Position numbers and translations under genes: made by a program. Below are positions 40,613-51,020 of a stretch of DNA of 64,000 nucleotides, piece after piece. The DNA is taken from the NCBI GenBank assembly GCA_965250085.1, contig OZ252287.1, positions 256,001 through 320,000 of the forward strand. Direction: 5' to 3'. The stretch comes from Candidatus Altimarinota bacterium. GTDB taxonomy: Bacteria; Patescibacteriota; Gracilibacteria; CAIRYL01. The notes below the pieces were generated by a model that had not been told where the DNA came from, searched no databases, and saw only the letters and a list, made by a program, of their open reading frames with translations. The stretch's first letter is position 1. Each line of letters opens with the position of its first letter.

Positions 40613-41204
40613 CAGCTATATCTTCTCCTGATTTTAATACTTCTTCAAGTATTGTTAAAAAATCTCCGCATCTTTCATAAGCAAAATCAATGTCTGCCCC
40701 CATCTTACTTTTATCAGGCAAAAGATCGGCTTCATACTCATCGGGTACTATTTCTTCGTAGCGATTGAGTACTCGAGAAAATACTAATCCACCTTCATCG
40801 TACACACAGGTGTTATCTGGCGTTGCAATTCCCTTTCCACGGAGAAAATAATGGTGGAATCCGATGTTTCCATTGTTTCCAATTAAAGCAAATATTTCTC
40901 CATAAACCCCTTTTTTTATCCCTTGTATTCCAATGCAATTGATAAGAACCTCAGTATTGCGGAAAAAATCTGGTGATGCTGAATGGCATTTTCCATCACT
41001 CTCTTCTAATGCAGCGATTTTCTTTATTTCCTCTCCAATTTTTATAAGTACAGGTTTTTGTTGTTCCCATTTTTTCACAACCTGAGTCCTTTCTGCCTCA
41101 AAGACTATCTCTTTATCAGGCTCTATTCCTTCTGTGCAAGCACTTAAAGCCGACGTGAGTGCAACAACTTGGGCACACCTTTTAAGTGATTCTTTGAGAG
41201 GCAT
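40593..41204 (-). CDS. Hypothetical lipoprotein
   Basis: Lipobox LSAC; several Cys residues. Confidence 0.55.
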   Translation of the reverse strand: MPLKESLKRCAQVVALTSALSACTEGIEPDKEIVFEAERTQVVKKWEQQKPVLIKIGEEIKKIAALEESDGKCHSASPDFFRNTEVLINCIGIQGIKKGVYGEIFALIGNNGNIGFHHYFLRGKGIATPDNTCVYDEGGLVFSRVLNRYEEIVPDEYEADLLPDKSKMGADIDFAYERCGDFLTILEEVLKSGEDIADDTQSS

Positions 41205-41214
41205 AATAAAATAA

Positions 41215-42256
41215 CCTCAATTCGAGTTTGAAGTGCACCACCTCGGAAGAATTTAATACTCTAGGTGCATGAACAACTATGAACACTTCAGTAAGAGCGA
41301 GAGACAAGAACTCTTAATACTCCACTCCAAAGGGTATTCGATGAGATCGATAGCCAAAGCGATGAACAGGAGTCACTCTACAATCATCAGAGAGCTCAAG
41401 CGGAAGATGAAGAGAGGAGGATACGATGCGTGTAAGGCTCATCAAAAAGCACAGAACAAAAGAAGATTTAGTAAATACCAAGGAATGAAGGTACGTGAGG
41501 ATGATGAGATAGAGAAGTATATGCGAGAAAAGATGTTGTTAAAATGGTCACCAGAGAAGATTGCAGGAGTACTGTACTTGGAGAAGAGAGTTCGTATTGG
41601 GAAAGATGCCATCTATACATATCTCTACAGTGCACACGGACAAGACCTATGTCCTCTTCTTTATCGCAAGAGATATAGGAAGCGTAAACGGAGAAAGAAG
41701 AAATCAAAGCATGAAATCATCAAAGATAGAGTGTTTATTGCCCAAAGACCTCAGCATATCAACCAGAAGAAAAGATTTGGACACTACGAAGGAGATACCA
41801 TGGGCAGACCCAAGAAAGCTTCCCCACAAACTCTTGTCATCGTTAGAGAACGACTCTCTCGTAAAATATTCGTGAAGAAGGTGTCTCGGCTCAGAGAATC
41901 CATGCAGGGATTTGGAGACATTCTGCACCAACTCCCTGCATACTCACTTACCTTGGACAACGGTGTAGAAAACACCAGATATAAAGACTTAAGAATCCCT
42001 ATTTATTTTTGTGACCCCTACTCTTCTTGGCAAAAAGGCTCTGTAGAAAACGCCATTGGAAAACTTAGAAAATTTGTCCCTAAGAAAGCTGACCTCAAGA
42101 ATTTCTCTCAAAACCAGTTACAATCCTTTGTTGATACTCTTAACAACACTCCCATGAAAGTTCTCGGCTTTAGAACTCCCACCCATGTCTTTGACTTCTA
42201 TAACAATCTCTAATATCTTTTTATCCCAAGTGGTGCACTTCACCACAGAATGCGGG
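41215..42256 (+). mobile_element. IS30-family insertion sequence
   Basis: Imperfect 27-bp TIRs cctcaattcgagtttgaagtgcaccac / gtggtgcacttcaccacagaatgcggg; TAA duplicated at 41212-41214 and 42257-42259. Confidence 0.9.
41269..42213 (+). CDS. IS30 transposase
   Basis: HTH RSHSTIIRELKR; GHYEGDT, TLDNG, SSWQKGSVEN (DDE). Confidence 0.93.
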   Translation: MNNYEHFSKSERQELLILHSKGYSMRSIAKAMNRSHSTIIRELKRKMKRGGYDACKAHQKAQNKRRFSKYQGMKVREDDEIEKYMREKMLLKWSPEKIAGVLYLEKRVRIGKDAIYTYLYSAHGQDLCPLLYRKRYRKRKRRKKKSKHEIIKDRVFIAQRPQHINQKKRFGHYEGDTMGRPKKASPQTLVIVRERLSRKIFVKKVSRLRESMQGFGDILHQLPAYSLTLDNGVENTRYKDLRIPIYFCDPYSSWQKGSVENAIGKLRKFVPKKADLKNFSQNQLQSFVDTLNNTPMKVLGFRTPTHVFDFYNNL

Positions 42257-42307
42257 TAATAAAGTATATAATTTTTATATACTTTAATTTACTTTTTGTC
42301 AATATTT

Positions 42308-43516
42308 TTAAATACCGAGGATTTCTTTTACTATCTCTTTATCATTCCACGGCACTTCCATTCCACCAATGTTTCGTGATTCTTCAGCTCCCAATCCCGG
42401 AATGACCACGACGTCTCCCGGTTTTGCTCGCTGCAAAGCAAATTCTATCGCATTACGACGATCAGGGATTTCCCAGAAGTGCACGGAGTCATCACCATCG
42501 TTCCATACCTTTGTCTTTTGAATCCCCTCTCTCACCTGTTCACGAATCATATCTGCAGATTCTGTATAGGGTTCATCATCAGTAAGCACTACAAAATCAG
42601 CAATTTCTCCCGCAAGTTTTCCCATTTCTGGGCGCCTCTTTTTGTCCACATCTCCATAGCATCCAAACACCACCCAGAGGTGATTTTGAGTGAGCTCTTT
42701 GGCTGATTCTAGAAGATGTTTAAAGGCATTGCTCGTAACCGCAAAGTCTATATATACATCAAAATTTTGACCACAGTCTATTTTTTCCAGTCGCCCCTCT
42801 ACTCCAACAAAATTCTTCAGTGCCTTTGCAATATCGATATTGGAAACTCCATATGACTCGGCTACTGCAGATGCAACAGCTGCATTTTCTTTGTTAAATT
42901 CTCCAGGAATACCAAGTTTTTCAATATATGGAGAAGAAATTGCTATCTTCTGAGCAGATATGTCTTCTTTCCAAGAGGAGACCACTGTATCATTCATATT
43001 CAGCACCGCAGCTCCACTTGTTTTAAGGTATTTGGTAAAGAGAAGTTTTTTAGCATTGGCATATTTCTCAAAACTTCCATGATCATCTACATGTCCTTCG
43101 CTCACATTGATAATACCCGCAATATCACATCTTATTCCAAAAATTCGTCTTTGTTCTGTCGCGTGAGATGAAATTTCCAATATCGCCACTTCTGATTTTT
43201 TTTGAACCGCTCTTCTCAAGAGTTTTTGCATCTGCCACGGAGAGAGTGTGGTGCGCTTGGTGGCATTCTTTGAGTGTTTTTCATTAAGAAAGATCGACAC
43301 TGTGGAAATTTTCAAATGTAAAATTTTTGCTGTTTGAAAAATATGAGAAATCATTTCTACAGTAGTGGTTTTTCCATCAGTTCCGGTGATGCCAATGATT
43401 TGTATTTTTTTTGCAGGAAATCTGTACCAAAAAGCGGCGAGTACTGCTTTAAACATATACCATACTTTTCGCACTGGTGAATTTTTGGGAAATAAATTCC
43501 TGAGAAAGCCCATCAT
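42308..43516 (-). CDS. murE: MurE-type UDP-MurNAc-tripeptide synthetase
   Basis: GITGTDGKTTT, LEISSH, GRLE, KKRRPEMG, DRRNAI. Confidence 0.85.
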   Translation of the reverse strand: MMGFLRNLFPKNSPVRKVWYMFKAVLAAFWYRFPAKKIQIIGITGTDGKTTTVEMISHIFQTAKILHLKISTVSIFLNEKHSKNATKRTTLSPWQMQKLLRRAVQKKSEVAILEISSHATEQRRIFGIRCDIAGIINVSEGHVDDHGSFEKYANAKKLLFTKYLKTSGAAVLNMNDTVVSSWKEDISAQKIAISSPYIEKLGIPGEFNKENAAVASAVAESYGVSNIDIAKALKNFVGVEGRLEKIDCGQNFDVYIDFAVTSNAFKHLLESAKELTQNHLWVVFGCYGDVDKKRRPEMGKLAGEIADFVVLTDDEPYTESADMIREQVREGIQKTKVWNDGDDSVHFWEIPDRRNAIEFALQRAKPGDVVVIPGLGAEESRNIGGMEVPWNDKEIVKEILGI

Positions 43517-43613
43517 AAAGACAATTTTGTGAATCTTGCCAAGTAATTATAGATACCAATTTTATTCCCTCCAAGAGATATTTCCTACAGAAGAAAAAAC
43601 ATACGAAAAACCT

Positions 43614-43642
43614 TTGACATAGCGGCGGCGGATTGATAAAAT
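43614..43642 (+). promoter_or_regulatory. tuf promoter
   Basis: TTGACA-17-TAAAAT. Confidence 0.75.
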
Positions 43643-43680
43643 CCCTCTGCTATTTTTTCAGATATTTTTTTATTTTTTTT

Positions 43681-44862
43681 ATGGCTGATGCATTTCAGCG
43701 GACCAAACCGCACGTAAACGTAGGTACGATTGGACACGTCGATCACGGAAAAACAACTCTTACAGCTGCTATTACCACCGTTTTAGCGAAGAAAGGTGGA
43801 GCCGAAGCGAAAGCTTTTGATGCGATTGATAACGCTCCTGAGGAGAAGGCTCGTGGTATTACTATTGCCACTTCTCACGTAGAATATGAAACCGATAACA
43901 GGCACTACGCTCACGTAGATTGCCCAGGCCATGCCGATTATGTAAAAAACATGATCACTGGCGCTGCTCAAATGGATGGAGCCATCCTCGTTTGCTCTGC
44001 AGCCGATGGACCTATGCCTCAAACTCGAGAGCATATCGTCCTTGCTCGTCAGGTAGGAGTCCCTTCTATTGTTGTGTTTTTGAATAAGATAGATCAAGTA
44101 GATGATGCTGAACTTCTTGATCTCGTAGAAATGGAGCTTCGTGAGCTTCTTTCAAAATATGAATTTCCAGGAGATGATATTCCTTTTATTAAAGGATCAG
44201 CCCTCAAGGCTCTCGAAGGCGATGCTGAAGCAGAAAAAGCAATTGAAGAACTTGCTGCAGCACTTGATAGCTACATTCCTGAGCCAGTTCGCGAACTCGA
44301 TAAACCATTCCTCATGCCGGTAGAAGATGTTTTCTCTATTAAGGGTCGTGGTACCGTTGCAACCGGTCGTATCGAACAAGGAATTGTAAAGGTAAACGAT
44401 GATATTGAAATTGTGGGTATCCGTGAAACTCAAAAGATTACTGTGACCGGAGTGGAAATGTTTAAGAAGTTGCTCGATCAGGGACAGGCAGGAGACAATG
44501 TCGGTATCCTTCTCCGTGGTATTGAGCGTGAAGATATTGAACGCGGTCAGGTTTTGGCAAAGCCAGGATCTATCACTCCTCATACTGAGTTTGAGTCAGA
44601 GGTATATGTCCTCTCCAAAGAAGAAGGTGGACGACACACTCCGTTCTTCAAAGGATACAAGCCTCAGTTCTACATTCGTACAACTGATGTAACTGGTGAG
44701 ATAGAACTTCCTGACGGAGTGGAGATGGTAATGCCGGGCGATAATATCAAGATGACCGTAAAACTCGGCTCTGAAATTGCTCTTGCAGACCAAACCAAAT
44801 TCGCGATTCGTGAAGGAGGTCGTACCGTTGGAGCTGGAGTCGTTACTAAAATCTTAAAGTAG
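43681..44862 (+). CDS. tuf: Elongation factor Tu
   Basis: [34 protein letters not shown]; start ATG 43681. Confidence 0.99.
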   Translation: MADAFQRTKPHVNVGTIGHVDHGKTTLTAAITTVLAKKGGAEAKAFDAIDNAPEEKARGITIATSHVEYETDNRHYAHVDCPGHADYVKNMITGAAQMDGAILVCSAADGPMPQTREHIVLARQVGVPSIVVFLNKIDQVDDAELLDLVEMELRELLSKYEFPGDDIPFIKGSALKALEGDAEAEKAIEELAAALDSYIPEPVRELDKPFLMPVEDVFSIKGRGTVATGRIEQGIVKVNDDIEIVGIRETQKITVTGVEMFKKLLDQGQAGDNVGILLRGIEREDIERGQVLAKPGSITPHTEFESEVYVLSKEEGGRHTPFFKGYKPQFYIRTTDVTGEIELPDGVEMVMPGDNIKMTVKLGSEIALADQTKFAIREGGRTVGAGVVTKILK

Positions 44863-44937
44863 ATTTCTCGGTCCCTCACTCTTGATATCAAAAGTGAGGG
44901 GTGGAAAGTTTATTTCACTCTTTGATCTTTAAAACGT

Positions 44938-45282
44938 ATGGCAACCAAAAAAGCTGCATCACCTGCAGGTCAAAAAATTAGAATTACGCTCAAAAGCTTT
45001 GATCACACTGTGATCGACAAAGCGTGTAAAACTATTCTTGAAACTGCTGAACGAACAGGGGCTATAATTTCTGGACCGATCCCTCTTCCGGTAAAGATCA
45101 GAAAAATAACCCTCAATAAATCCACGTTCGTCCACAAAGACTCTCGAGAGCAATATGAAATTCGCATCCACAAAAGGCTTATTGATTTAGATGAAGCTAC
45201 TCCTCAAACGGTAGAAGCCCTCTCCAATCTTCACTTACCAGCTGGGGTTGATGTTTCTATAAAAATGGTTGCTGAAAAGTGA
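44938..45282 (+). CDS. rpsJ: 30S ribosomal protein S10
   Basis: KIRITLKSFDH; GPIPLP; KDSREQYEIRIHKRLID. Confidence 0.97.
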   Translation: MATKKAASPAGQKIRITLKSFDHTVIDKACKTILETAERTGAIISGPIPLPVKIRKITLNKSTFVHKDSREQYEIRIHKRLIDLDEATPQTVEALSNLHLPAGVDVSIKMVAEK

Positions 45283-45306
45283 TAGACTTTGTAGTCAATG
45301 ACTTTC

Positions 45307-45335
45307 AAAAGCCTCACTTTCTTGAGGCTTTTTTT
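45307..45335 (+). terminator. Intrinsic terminator after rpsJ
   Basis: aaaagcctca-ctttct-tgaggctttttttt. Confidence 0.8.
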
Positions 45336-45384
45336 GTGTTTTTAAAAAAGATACAATACTTCTCGGATTTTCTCAAAACATACC

Positions 45385-46440
45385 ATGCCTTCAATAGATA
45401 TCAAAAAATCTTCTGATGCACCCTTGCGGGTTATTCTCGAAAAATCTCGATCAGAAAAAATAATAGGAGGGATTTGGACTTTTGCAAAAATATTTTTCTT
45501 TTTTCTTATTCTCTCTACATTTTTTCAAGCTTCTCAATTTGAATATAACTTGAGTGGAGTTCAGAAAAACTATTTTGATAATTACTATGGACCATCTCAA
45601 AAAGATATTACTGCCAAAGAGGTGGCAGTGATTCCTCTCTTCGGAGAAATCGTCGATACTCCTCCAGCCTCTTCTCTTGCGTCCAGTAATACTATATTTG
45701 CTGATGACGTTATTCATTTGCTGAACAAAGCAATGAATGATGAAGAGGTCGCTGCTGTACTTCTCCGGATTGATTCCCCCGGAGGCACAGTGCTCGCCTC
45801 TGAAAAAATAGCTCATATGATCAATGTGGTCCGAGAAAAAAAACCTGTTTTTTCACTCCTTGAAGCAAGTGCTACAAGTGGAGGATATTATATCGCCAGT
45901 GCATCAAATAAAATCTACGCATATCGAAATACTCTTACTGGTAACATTGGCGTCATCATTTTGCTCCCTAAGGCCAAAGAGCTTTTTGAAAAAATTGGGA
46001 TAGAGATGAGGACTCTCAAATCTGGTGAGTATAAAGACATGGGGAGTTCTTTTCGAGATTTGACATCAAAAGAGCAGCAGATTTTTGAAGATCTGATTAC
46101 GGAAAGTTACGAAGGATTTGTAAGCGCCGTTGCTAAAGGAAGAGATATGCCTGTAGAAGAAATCAAAAAACTGGCAGATGGAAGAGTCTATTCTGGGACT
46201 GAAGCTGCAAAAAATGGGCTCATCGATAGCACTGTTTATTCATTTGCAGAAGTTATGGATGCTCTTTCTGCGGAACTCAGTGGTACAAAACTCCAAGCTG
46301 TTTCGTTCAAACTCCCCTTCACTCCTTGGTGGGAAGAGTTTTTGCTGGGAATAAAAACAGGAAACCTTGACCCTGAAAGCATTTCTCAATTTTTTAAAAG
46401 AAGCATTTTGGGAAGTGGTCCGCGACTTCTCTCAATATAA
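45385..46440 (+). CDS. sppA: Signal peptide peptidase SppA (S49)
   Basis: RIDSPGG, SGGYYIA, TGNIGV, KSGEYKD, DGRVYSG. Confidence 0.93.
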   Translation: MPSIDIKKSSDAPLRVILEKSRSEKIIGGIWTFAKIFFFFLILSTFFQASQFEYNLSGVQKNYFDNYYGPSQKDITAKEVAVIPLFGEIVDTPPASSLASSNTIFADDVIHLLNKAMNDEEVAAVLLRIDSPGGTVLASEKIAHMINVVREKKPVFSLLEASATSGGYYIASASNKIYAYRNTLTGNIGVIILLPKAKELFEKIGIEMRTLKSGEYKDMGSSFRDLTSKEQQIFEDLITESYEGFVSAVAKGRDMPVEEIKKLADGRVYSGTEAAKNGLIDSTVYSFAEVMDALSAELSGTKLQAVSFKLPFTPWWEEFLLGIKTGNLDPESISQFFKRSILGSGPRLLSI

Positions 46441-47814
46441 AGATTCTTTATCAATGCTCCCCAGTGGTCCGATAATTCCCATTACTTTTTCAATTGATTC
46501 TTCATATTCTCGTTCGGCAGTAGAATCTATCACAATCCCTCCTCCTGCTCTGACCTCTAATTTGGGGCCTATTTTCTGAAGCGTGCGTATCAAAATATTA
46601 AAATCCGCATTTCCATTGAACGAAATATATCCCGCACTTCCGCAATATACACCACGTGATGAGGGTTCAAGTTTCGAAATAATATCCATGGTTTCTACTT
46701 TGGGTGCACCAGTGATACTTCCTCCTGGGAAGAGTGCTTTCACAACATCCAATGCATCCTTTTCTGGTCGCAATTGAGCATACACATCAGATACTAAGTG
46801 GATAACTGTTACATATTTTTCAACTCGCAAAAAATTTCTGACCTCTACACTTCCAAACTCTGCAATCCGCCCAAAATCATTGCGAATCAAATCTACAATC
46901 ATGGAATGTTCTGCTTTTTCCTTTGCATCATCCAAAAGGTCCTGAATAAGCTGTGTGTCCTCTCTTGAGTCTTCTCCTCTTCTTCTGGTTCCCTTGATAG
47001 GCTGTGCAAACAGAGTGTCTTTTTGCAACGAAAAAAGCCGCTCTGGGGTACAGGAAATAACAGCTCCATCATTGTGTTCACAAAAAAACATCATTGGAGC
47101 AGGATTTTTTTGTACGAGATGAGAAAAAAGCGTAAATGCGTCTTGATTCGTCTGAGTCGTCCATTTTTGCGAAAAGTTGACCTGATATGTATTTCCAGTC
47201 ACAAGCTCATTCTTGATGTTCTCAATTGCTTTGGTGTATTCATCTTGAGAGATCTCAGGCAAAAACACATGGCGCTCTACTGACGTACTCGTATCAGTCA
47301 TAAGTCCTTCCACTGTCAGAAAATTACTTTCAAAATGTGAGAAAAATATTTGCGCTTCTTGTGACGAATCAAACCAGCCTCCTACATATGCTTTTTTTTT
47401 ATGATGATCAAAAGCGCAAAGAGTTTCAAATAACTCAAAAAATCCGAGTGGGATAGATTTTTTCTCCTTTTGTGACCAAGCAAATTGTTCAAATTCATGT
47501 CCAAACTCATATGAAAAAAATCCAGCTAGACCACCACAGAAGTGATGAAATGCTTCTGGAGCGTTCATTGGGATTTTTCTTTTTCTTCCAAGGTTCTTTC
47601 TCAAAAGTTTAAGAAAATCACTTCCCTCCCTATAAAGAAGAATTTTTTGAGGTTCAAATGGAAGAAATGAATACTTCCCTCCATTTTGCTCAGGATTAGT
47701 AACTCCTGAAAACAGAAGAATTGGCTTTTTTTTCTTTTCTCGAAGAAAACGATACAGGACAAGAGGTGAAACCCAAGGGATTTGATGCCAATAAAATGAT
47801 TGTTGTTGCATCAA
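46432..47814 (-). CDS. pabB: Aminodeoxychorismate synthase component I
   Basis: YQVN, TPER, PIKGT (PabB Lys motif), MIVDLIRND, FPGGSITGAPK. Confidence 0.85.
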   Translation of the reverse strand: MMQQQSFYWHQIPWVSPLVLYRFLREKKKKPILLFSGVTNPEQNGGKYSFLPFEPQKILLYREGSDFLKLLRKNLGRKRKIPMNAPEAFHHFCGGLAGFFSYEFGHEFEQFAWSQKEKKSIPLGFFELFETLCAFDHHKKKAYVGGWFDSSQEAQIFFSHFESNFLTVEGLMTDTSTSVERHVFLPEISQDEYTKAIENIKNELVTGNTYQVNFSQKWTTQTNQDAFTLFSHLVQKNPAPMMFFCEHNDGAVISCTPERLFSLQKDTLFAQPIKGTRRRGEDSREDTQLIQDLLDDAKEKAEHSMIVDLIRNDFGRIAEFGSVEVRNFLRVEKYVTVIHLVSDVYAQLRPEKDALDVVKALFPGGSITGAPKVETMDIISKLEPSSRGVYCGSAGYISFNGNADFNILIRTLQKIGPKLEVRAGGGIVIDSTAEREYEESIEKVMGIIGPLGSIDKESLY

Positions 47815-48083
47815 AGCTTATTCTGTTGATGTTTTTCCCATATCTTTCGAAGCGAAGGAATCGTAAGCGTTGAAAAAAGGAATGCAAGAGCGGGTACAAG
47901 AGATGAAAACAAAAGAACCCTCATGTCTGATGTAATTCCAGCTATCGAAAGGAAAGTAAATGCTGATAAAAATGTTATGGTCATAATAAAAATTCTGCGC
48001 ACAAAAGATGTTTCCCATGCTTTGTGCATTTCTACCTCTTTATTTCGTTGGTGGAGCCTCCGTATTTCTTCTTCAAAGTTCAT
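47811..48083 (-). CDS. Small two-TM hypothetical protein
   Basis: MNFEEEIRRLHQRNKEVEMHKAWETS plus two hydrophobic helices; start moved to 48083. Confidence 0.65.
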   Translation of the reverse strand: MNFEEEIRRLHQRNKEVEMHKAWETSFVRRIFIMTITFLSAFTFLSIAGITSDMRVLLFSSLVPALAFLFSTLTIPSLRKIWEKHQQNKL

Positions 48084-48142
48084 GCTTCTATTATACCCTT
48101 TCCCTTTTTTGATACTCAAGTTTTTGGCATTATTACATCTGT

Positions 48143-49075
48143 ATGCTTTTCGATGATATACAAAATTTTCTGGCAAAAAAGTCTATAAAGCCGAAACTCG
48201 TAGCAGTGATTGGTCCAACTGCAAGTGGCAAGACGGACATCTCAGTGCAAATAGCAAAAAAGTATGATGGAGAGATTATCAATGCCGACTCTCGGCAAAT
48301 GTACAAATATCTCAGTATCGGGACGGCAAGTCCTACGGAAAAGGAAAAAAGCGGTGTTCCACACCATCTTTTTGATTTTTTAGACCCAAAAGATGAATGT
48401 AACGTCGCCGAATGGAGAGAGTTTGCAGAAAAAAAAATATATGAAATTACACAAAAAGATAAATTGCCGATTTTGTGTGGAGGTACTGGGCTTTTTGTAA
48501 ACGCTCTTACCCAAAATTTCTCCCTCCCCAGCATTCCTCCTAATGCTGAGTTCCGTAAAAAAATGGAGCAAAAAAATTCTGAAGAGCTTTGGAAAAATCT
48601 TAAAGAGAAAGATCCGGAAGAAGCCAGTCGCATCGATCCCCAGAATAAAAAATATATTATTCGTGCGCTTGAAATATATGAATTCTCTGGAGAAAAAAAG
48701 TCTCAAATAATGAATACAGGAGAAGCTCTCTATGACACCTTCGTTGTGGGAATAACACTTCCGAGAGATCTATTGTATAAAAAAATTGATCAAAGAACAG
48801 ATACCATGGAAAACATGGGATTTTTGGACGAAGTAAAAGAACTTCTTCACAAAGGATATTCAAAAGAAGATCCTGCCATGATGAGCCATGGATATAGAGA
48901 AGCTCTTGAATATCTTGAAGGAGCCAGATCTTTAGAATCTCTGTTGGAAATAATGAAAAAAAATACCAGGAATTACGCCAAAAGACAGCTTACTTGGTGG
49001 AGACGAGATACAAGAGTACACTGGTATAATTCATATTCTCAAGAAGCAATTATCACTATGGATTCAGAATTTTAA
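48143..49075 (+). CDS. miaA: tRNA dimethylallyltransferase
   Basis: GPTASGKT, NADSRQMY, GGTGL, TRNYAKRQLTW. Confidence 0.96.
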   Translation: MLFDDIQNFLAKKSIKPKLVAVIGPTASGKTDISVQIAKKYDGEIINADSRQMYKYLSIGTASPTEKEKSGVPHHLFDFLDPKDECNVAEWREFAEKKIYEITQKDKLPILCGGTGLFVNALTQNFSLPSIPPNAEFRKKMEQKNSEELWKNLKEKDPEEASRIDPQNKKYIIRALEIYEFSGEKKSQIMNTGEALYDTFVVGITLPRDLLYKKIDQRTDTMENMGFLDEVKELLHKGYSKEDPAMMSHGYREALEYLEGARSLESLLEIMKKNTRNYAKRQLTWWRRDTRVHWYNSYSQEAIITMDSEF

Positions 49076-49164
49076 AAAATCACTTGATTCTCAGTCTTAA
49101 CTCCCAGTACAATCTTGACGGAGCCCCGAGAGAGGCTTTTTTTAAGCGTTATTTTTAGATACAC

Positions 49165-49338
49165 ATGAAAACCATCGCTGAGTATTTTAAGGGAGCCGTA
49201 CATGAGATCAAAAATGTAACATGGCCCACACAAAGGCAAGCTATTCGTCTGAGTATCATCACCATAGGGTTTGTACTGGTTTCAGCTCTGGTTTTTGGAG
49301 CTTTTGATGCCCTTTTGAATCTCCTTCTCCTTTCATAA
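49165..49338 (+). CDS. secE: Preprotein translocase SecE (57 aa, not in ORF track)
   Basis: EIKNVTWPT plus TM helix, immediately upstream of nusG. Confidence 0.9.
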   Translation: MKTIAEYFKGAVHEIKNVTWPTQRQAIRLSIITIGFVLVSALVFGAFDALLNLLLLS

Positions 49339-49343
49339 GAACT

Positions 49344-50303
49344 ATGACCGACATTACCCCTTCTGACACACCAGAAGATCAAGCTCTTCAAGATCTTGAA
49401 GAAAAAAAATTAGACGCTGCTGACCTAGAATCTCTAGATAATAAAGAAACTCCTAAGAGCGAGTCTCCAGAGGATATAGTTCTCGATGAAGCCCTTTCTT
49501 CTCCTGAAGAAGAGTCTTCTGAGAATCAAAATAGTGAAACGACAGAACATATGGACAAAAGCTCTGAAACCCAAGAATCATCCGATGAAGCCGAACAGGT
49601 AGAAAATCCTCAGGAGAATGATCTTCCCGCTGAGCAAAAAGAGGAAAAGAAATCTCCATCTGAAAAAGAAGATGTTTCAATTGACGATGCTCCCTCAAAG
49701 GTAGCTGGAGTTTTTGAACTGGATGAAGAGGATCAAAAGAAAGAATTGGAAAAAATGGAAAAAGGCAGACAGCCAAAGCAAGGGCGTAATTGGTATGCTA
49801 TTCACACCTACTCAGGGTACGAAGACTCTGTGGAAAAGGCCCTAAGGCAGAGAATTGAAACACTCAATATGCAAGACAAAATATTTGATGTTTTGGTGCC
49901 AAAAGAAACACAGATTGTGATGCGAAGAGGGAAACCTGTGGAAATAAAAAAGTGTTTGTTTCCTGGATATGCTTTGGTAGATATGACGGTAACCGATGAC
50001 TCATGGTATGTGGTGCGAAACACTCCAAATGTCACTGGGTTTGTAGGATCAGGAAATATTCCCGTCGCGGTCACTCTTGAAGAATTTGGCGTGGTGCAAT
50101 CACGAATGGGAACCGATGAGCCGAAGTTTAAATCTGACTTTAATAGTGGGGATATTGTCAAAATAATGAAGGGACCCTTTGCAACTTTTGAAGGGAAGGT
50201 AGATCAGGTAGATACGGGAAAAGGAAAGCTCACCGTTCTCGTGACCGTATTTGATCGTGAAACCCCGGTAGAACTGGACTTTGATCAAGTAATAAAGAAA
50301 TAG
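49344..50303 (+). CDS. nusG: NusG with long acidic N-terminal extension
   Basis: WYAIHTYSGYE, FPGY, VRNTPNVTGFVG, KOW GPFATFEG, RETPVEL. Confidence 0.95.
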   Translation: MTDITPSDTPEDQALQDLEEKKLDAADLESLDNKETPKSESPEDIVLDEALSSPEEESSENQNSETTEHMDKSSETQESSDEAEQVENPQENDLPAEQKEEKKSPSEKEDVSIDDAPSKVAGVFELDEEDQKKELEKMEKGRQPKQGRNWYAIHTYSGYEDSVEKALRQRIETLNMQDKIFDVLVPKETQIVMRRGKPVEIKKCLFPGYALVDMTVTDDSWYVVRNTPNVTGFVGSGNIPVAVTLEEFGVVQSRMGTDEPKFKSDFNSGDIVKIMKGPFATFEGKVDQVDTGKGKLTVLVTVFDRETPVELDFDQVIKK

Positions 50304-50329
50304 ACTTCCTGTTTTTTTGAATTTTTCAG

Positions 50330-50941
50330 ATGAATAAAACCGTTATTGCTATTGTTCTCACGGTTATTATAGGAGTGATTATCTCTCTCGAATATTTTTT
50401 GCATCCAGAAAGATCCTTACCTGTCTCGGGATCAAAAAACATTTCCACTGAAGAACGCGTCACTCCATACCAGAAGAAAAAAACATATATGCTCCCCCCA
50501 TCTCAAATAGATTTAGAAAGTGTGAGTATTGCTAGCATTCAGAATGTATATAAAAAAAGGTCAAACCCTATCTCACATATATTTGGCGCCGTTCAATTCG
50601 ATGTAGAAGTAGATGGTGTGCAGATTCTCAAAACAGACATTGCCGACAAAGCATCTGATCGGGTTTTAATAAGTGTATATGAGATTTTCCCCATAGAAGA
50701 CACTACTGTGTCACGGCTCTTTTCCTTTTTGGAACAAAAATTTGAGTCTCGTTTTGTGAATGATCCAGAAACAAGTGTCAATCGCACTGATGAATTTGGA
50801 TTATATTCGTTCTATTTCAATCCTTCTCAATCACCTGAAAAGGCTTTTCTTTTAGTCGCGAAAGAACAAAGGGTCTTTGGTTTTGAATATATAAAGGCAA
50901 ATCACAATCTTCTCGTTCCTTTCTTTGAAGATCTTTCTTAA
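50330..50941 (+). CDS. Hypothetical membrane-anchored protein
   Basis: N-terminal TM helix; 203 aa. Confidence 0.6.
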   Translation: MNKTVIAIVLTVIIGVIISLEYFLHPERSLPVSGSKNISTEERVTPYQKKKTYMLPPSQIDLESVSIASIQNVYKKRSNPISHIFGAVQFDVEVDGVQILKTDIADKASDRVLISVYEIFPIEDTTVSRLFSFLEQKFESRFVNDPETSVNRTDEFGLYSFYFNPSQSPEKAFLLVAKEQRVFGFEYIKANHNLLVPFFEDLS

Positions 50942-51020
50942 AAAAAGCTGGTACTTTTGAGAGAAGCATTCTATACTCCATTGCCCGTTTTTTCGTTCAT
51001 TATTTAATTACAGTAGAGAT

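Noticed and set aside
43633-43680. N-terminal extensions in the ORF track for tuf (also rpsU, dnaK, gyrB, ppsA and the 20030 ORF)
   Set aside because: The extensions overlap promoters or AT-rich leaders; conserved N-termini start at downstream ATGs.
49155-49391. 78-aa minus-strand ORF
   Set aside because: Antisense to the real secE gene.
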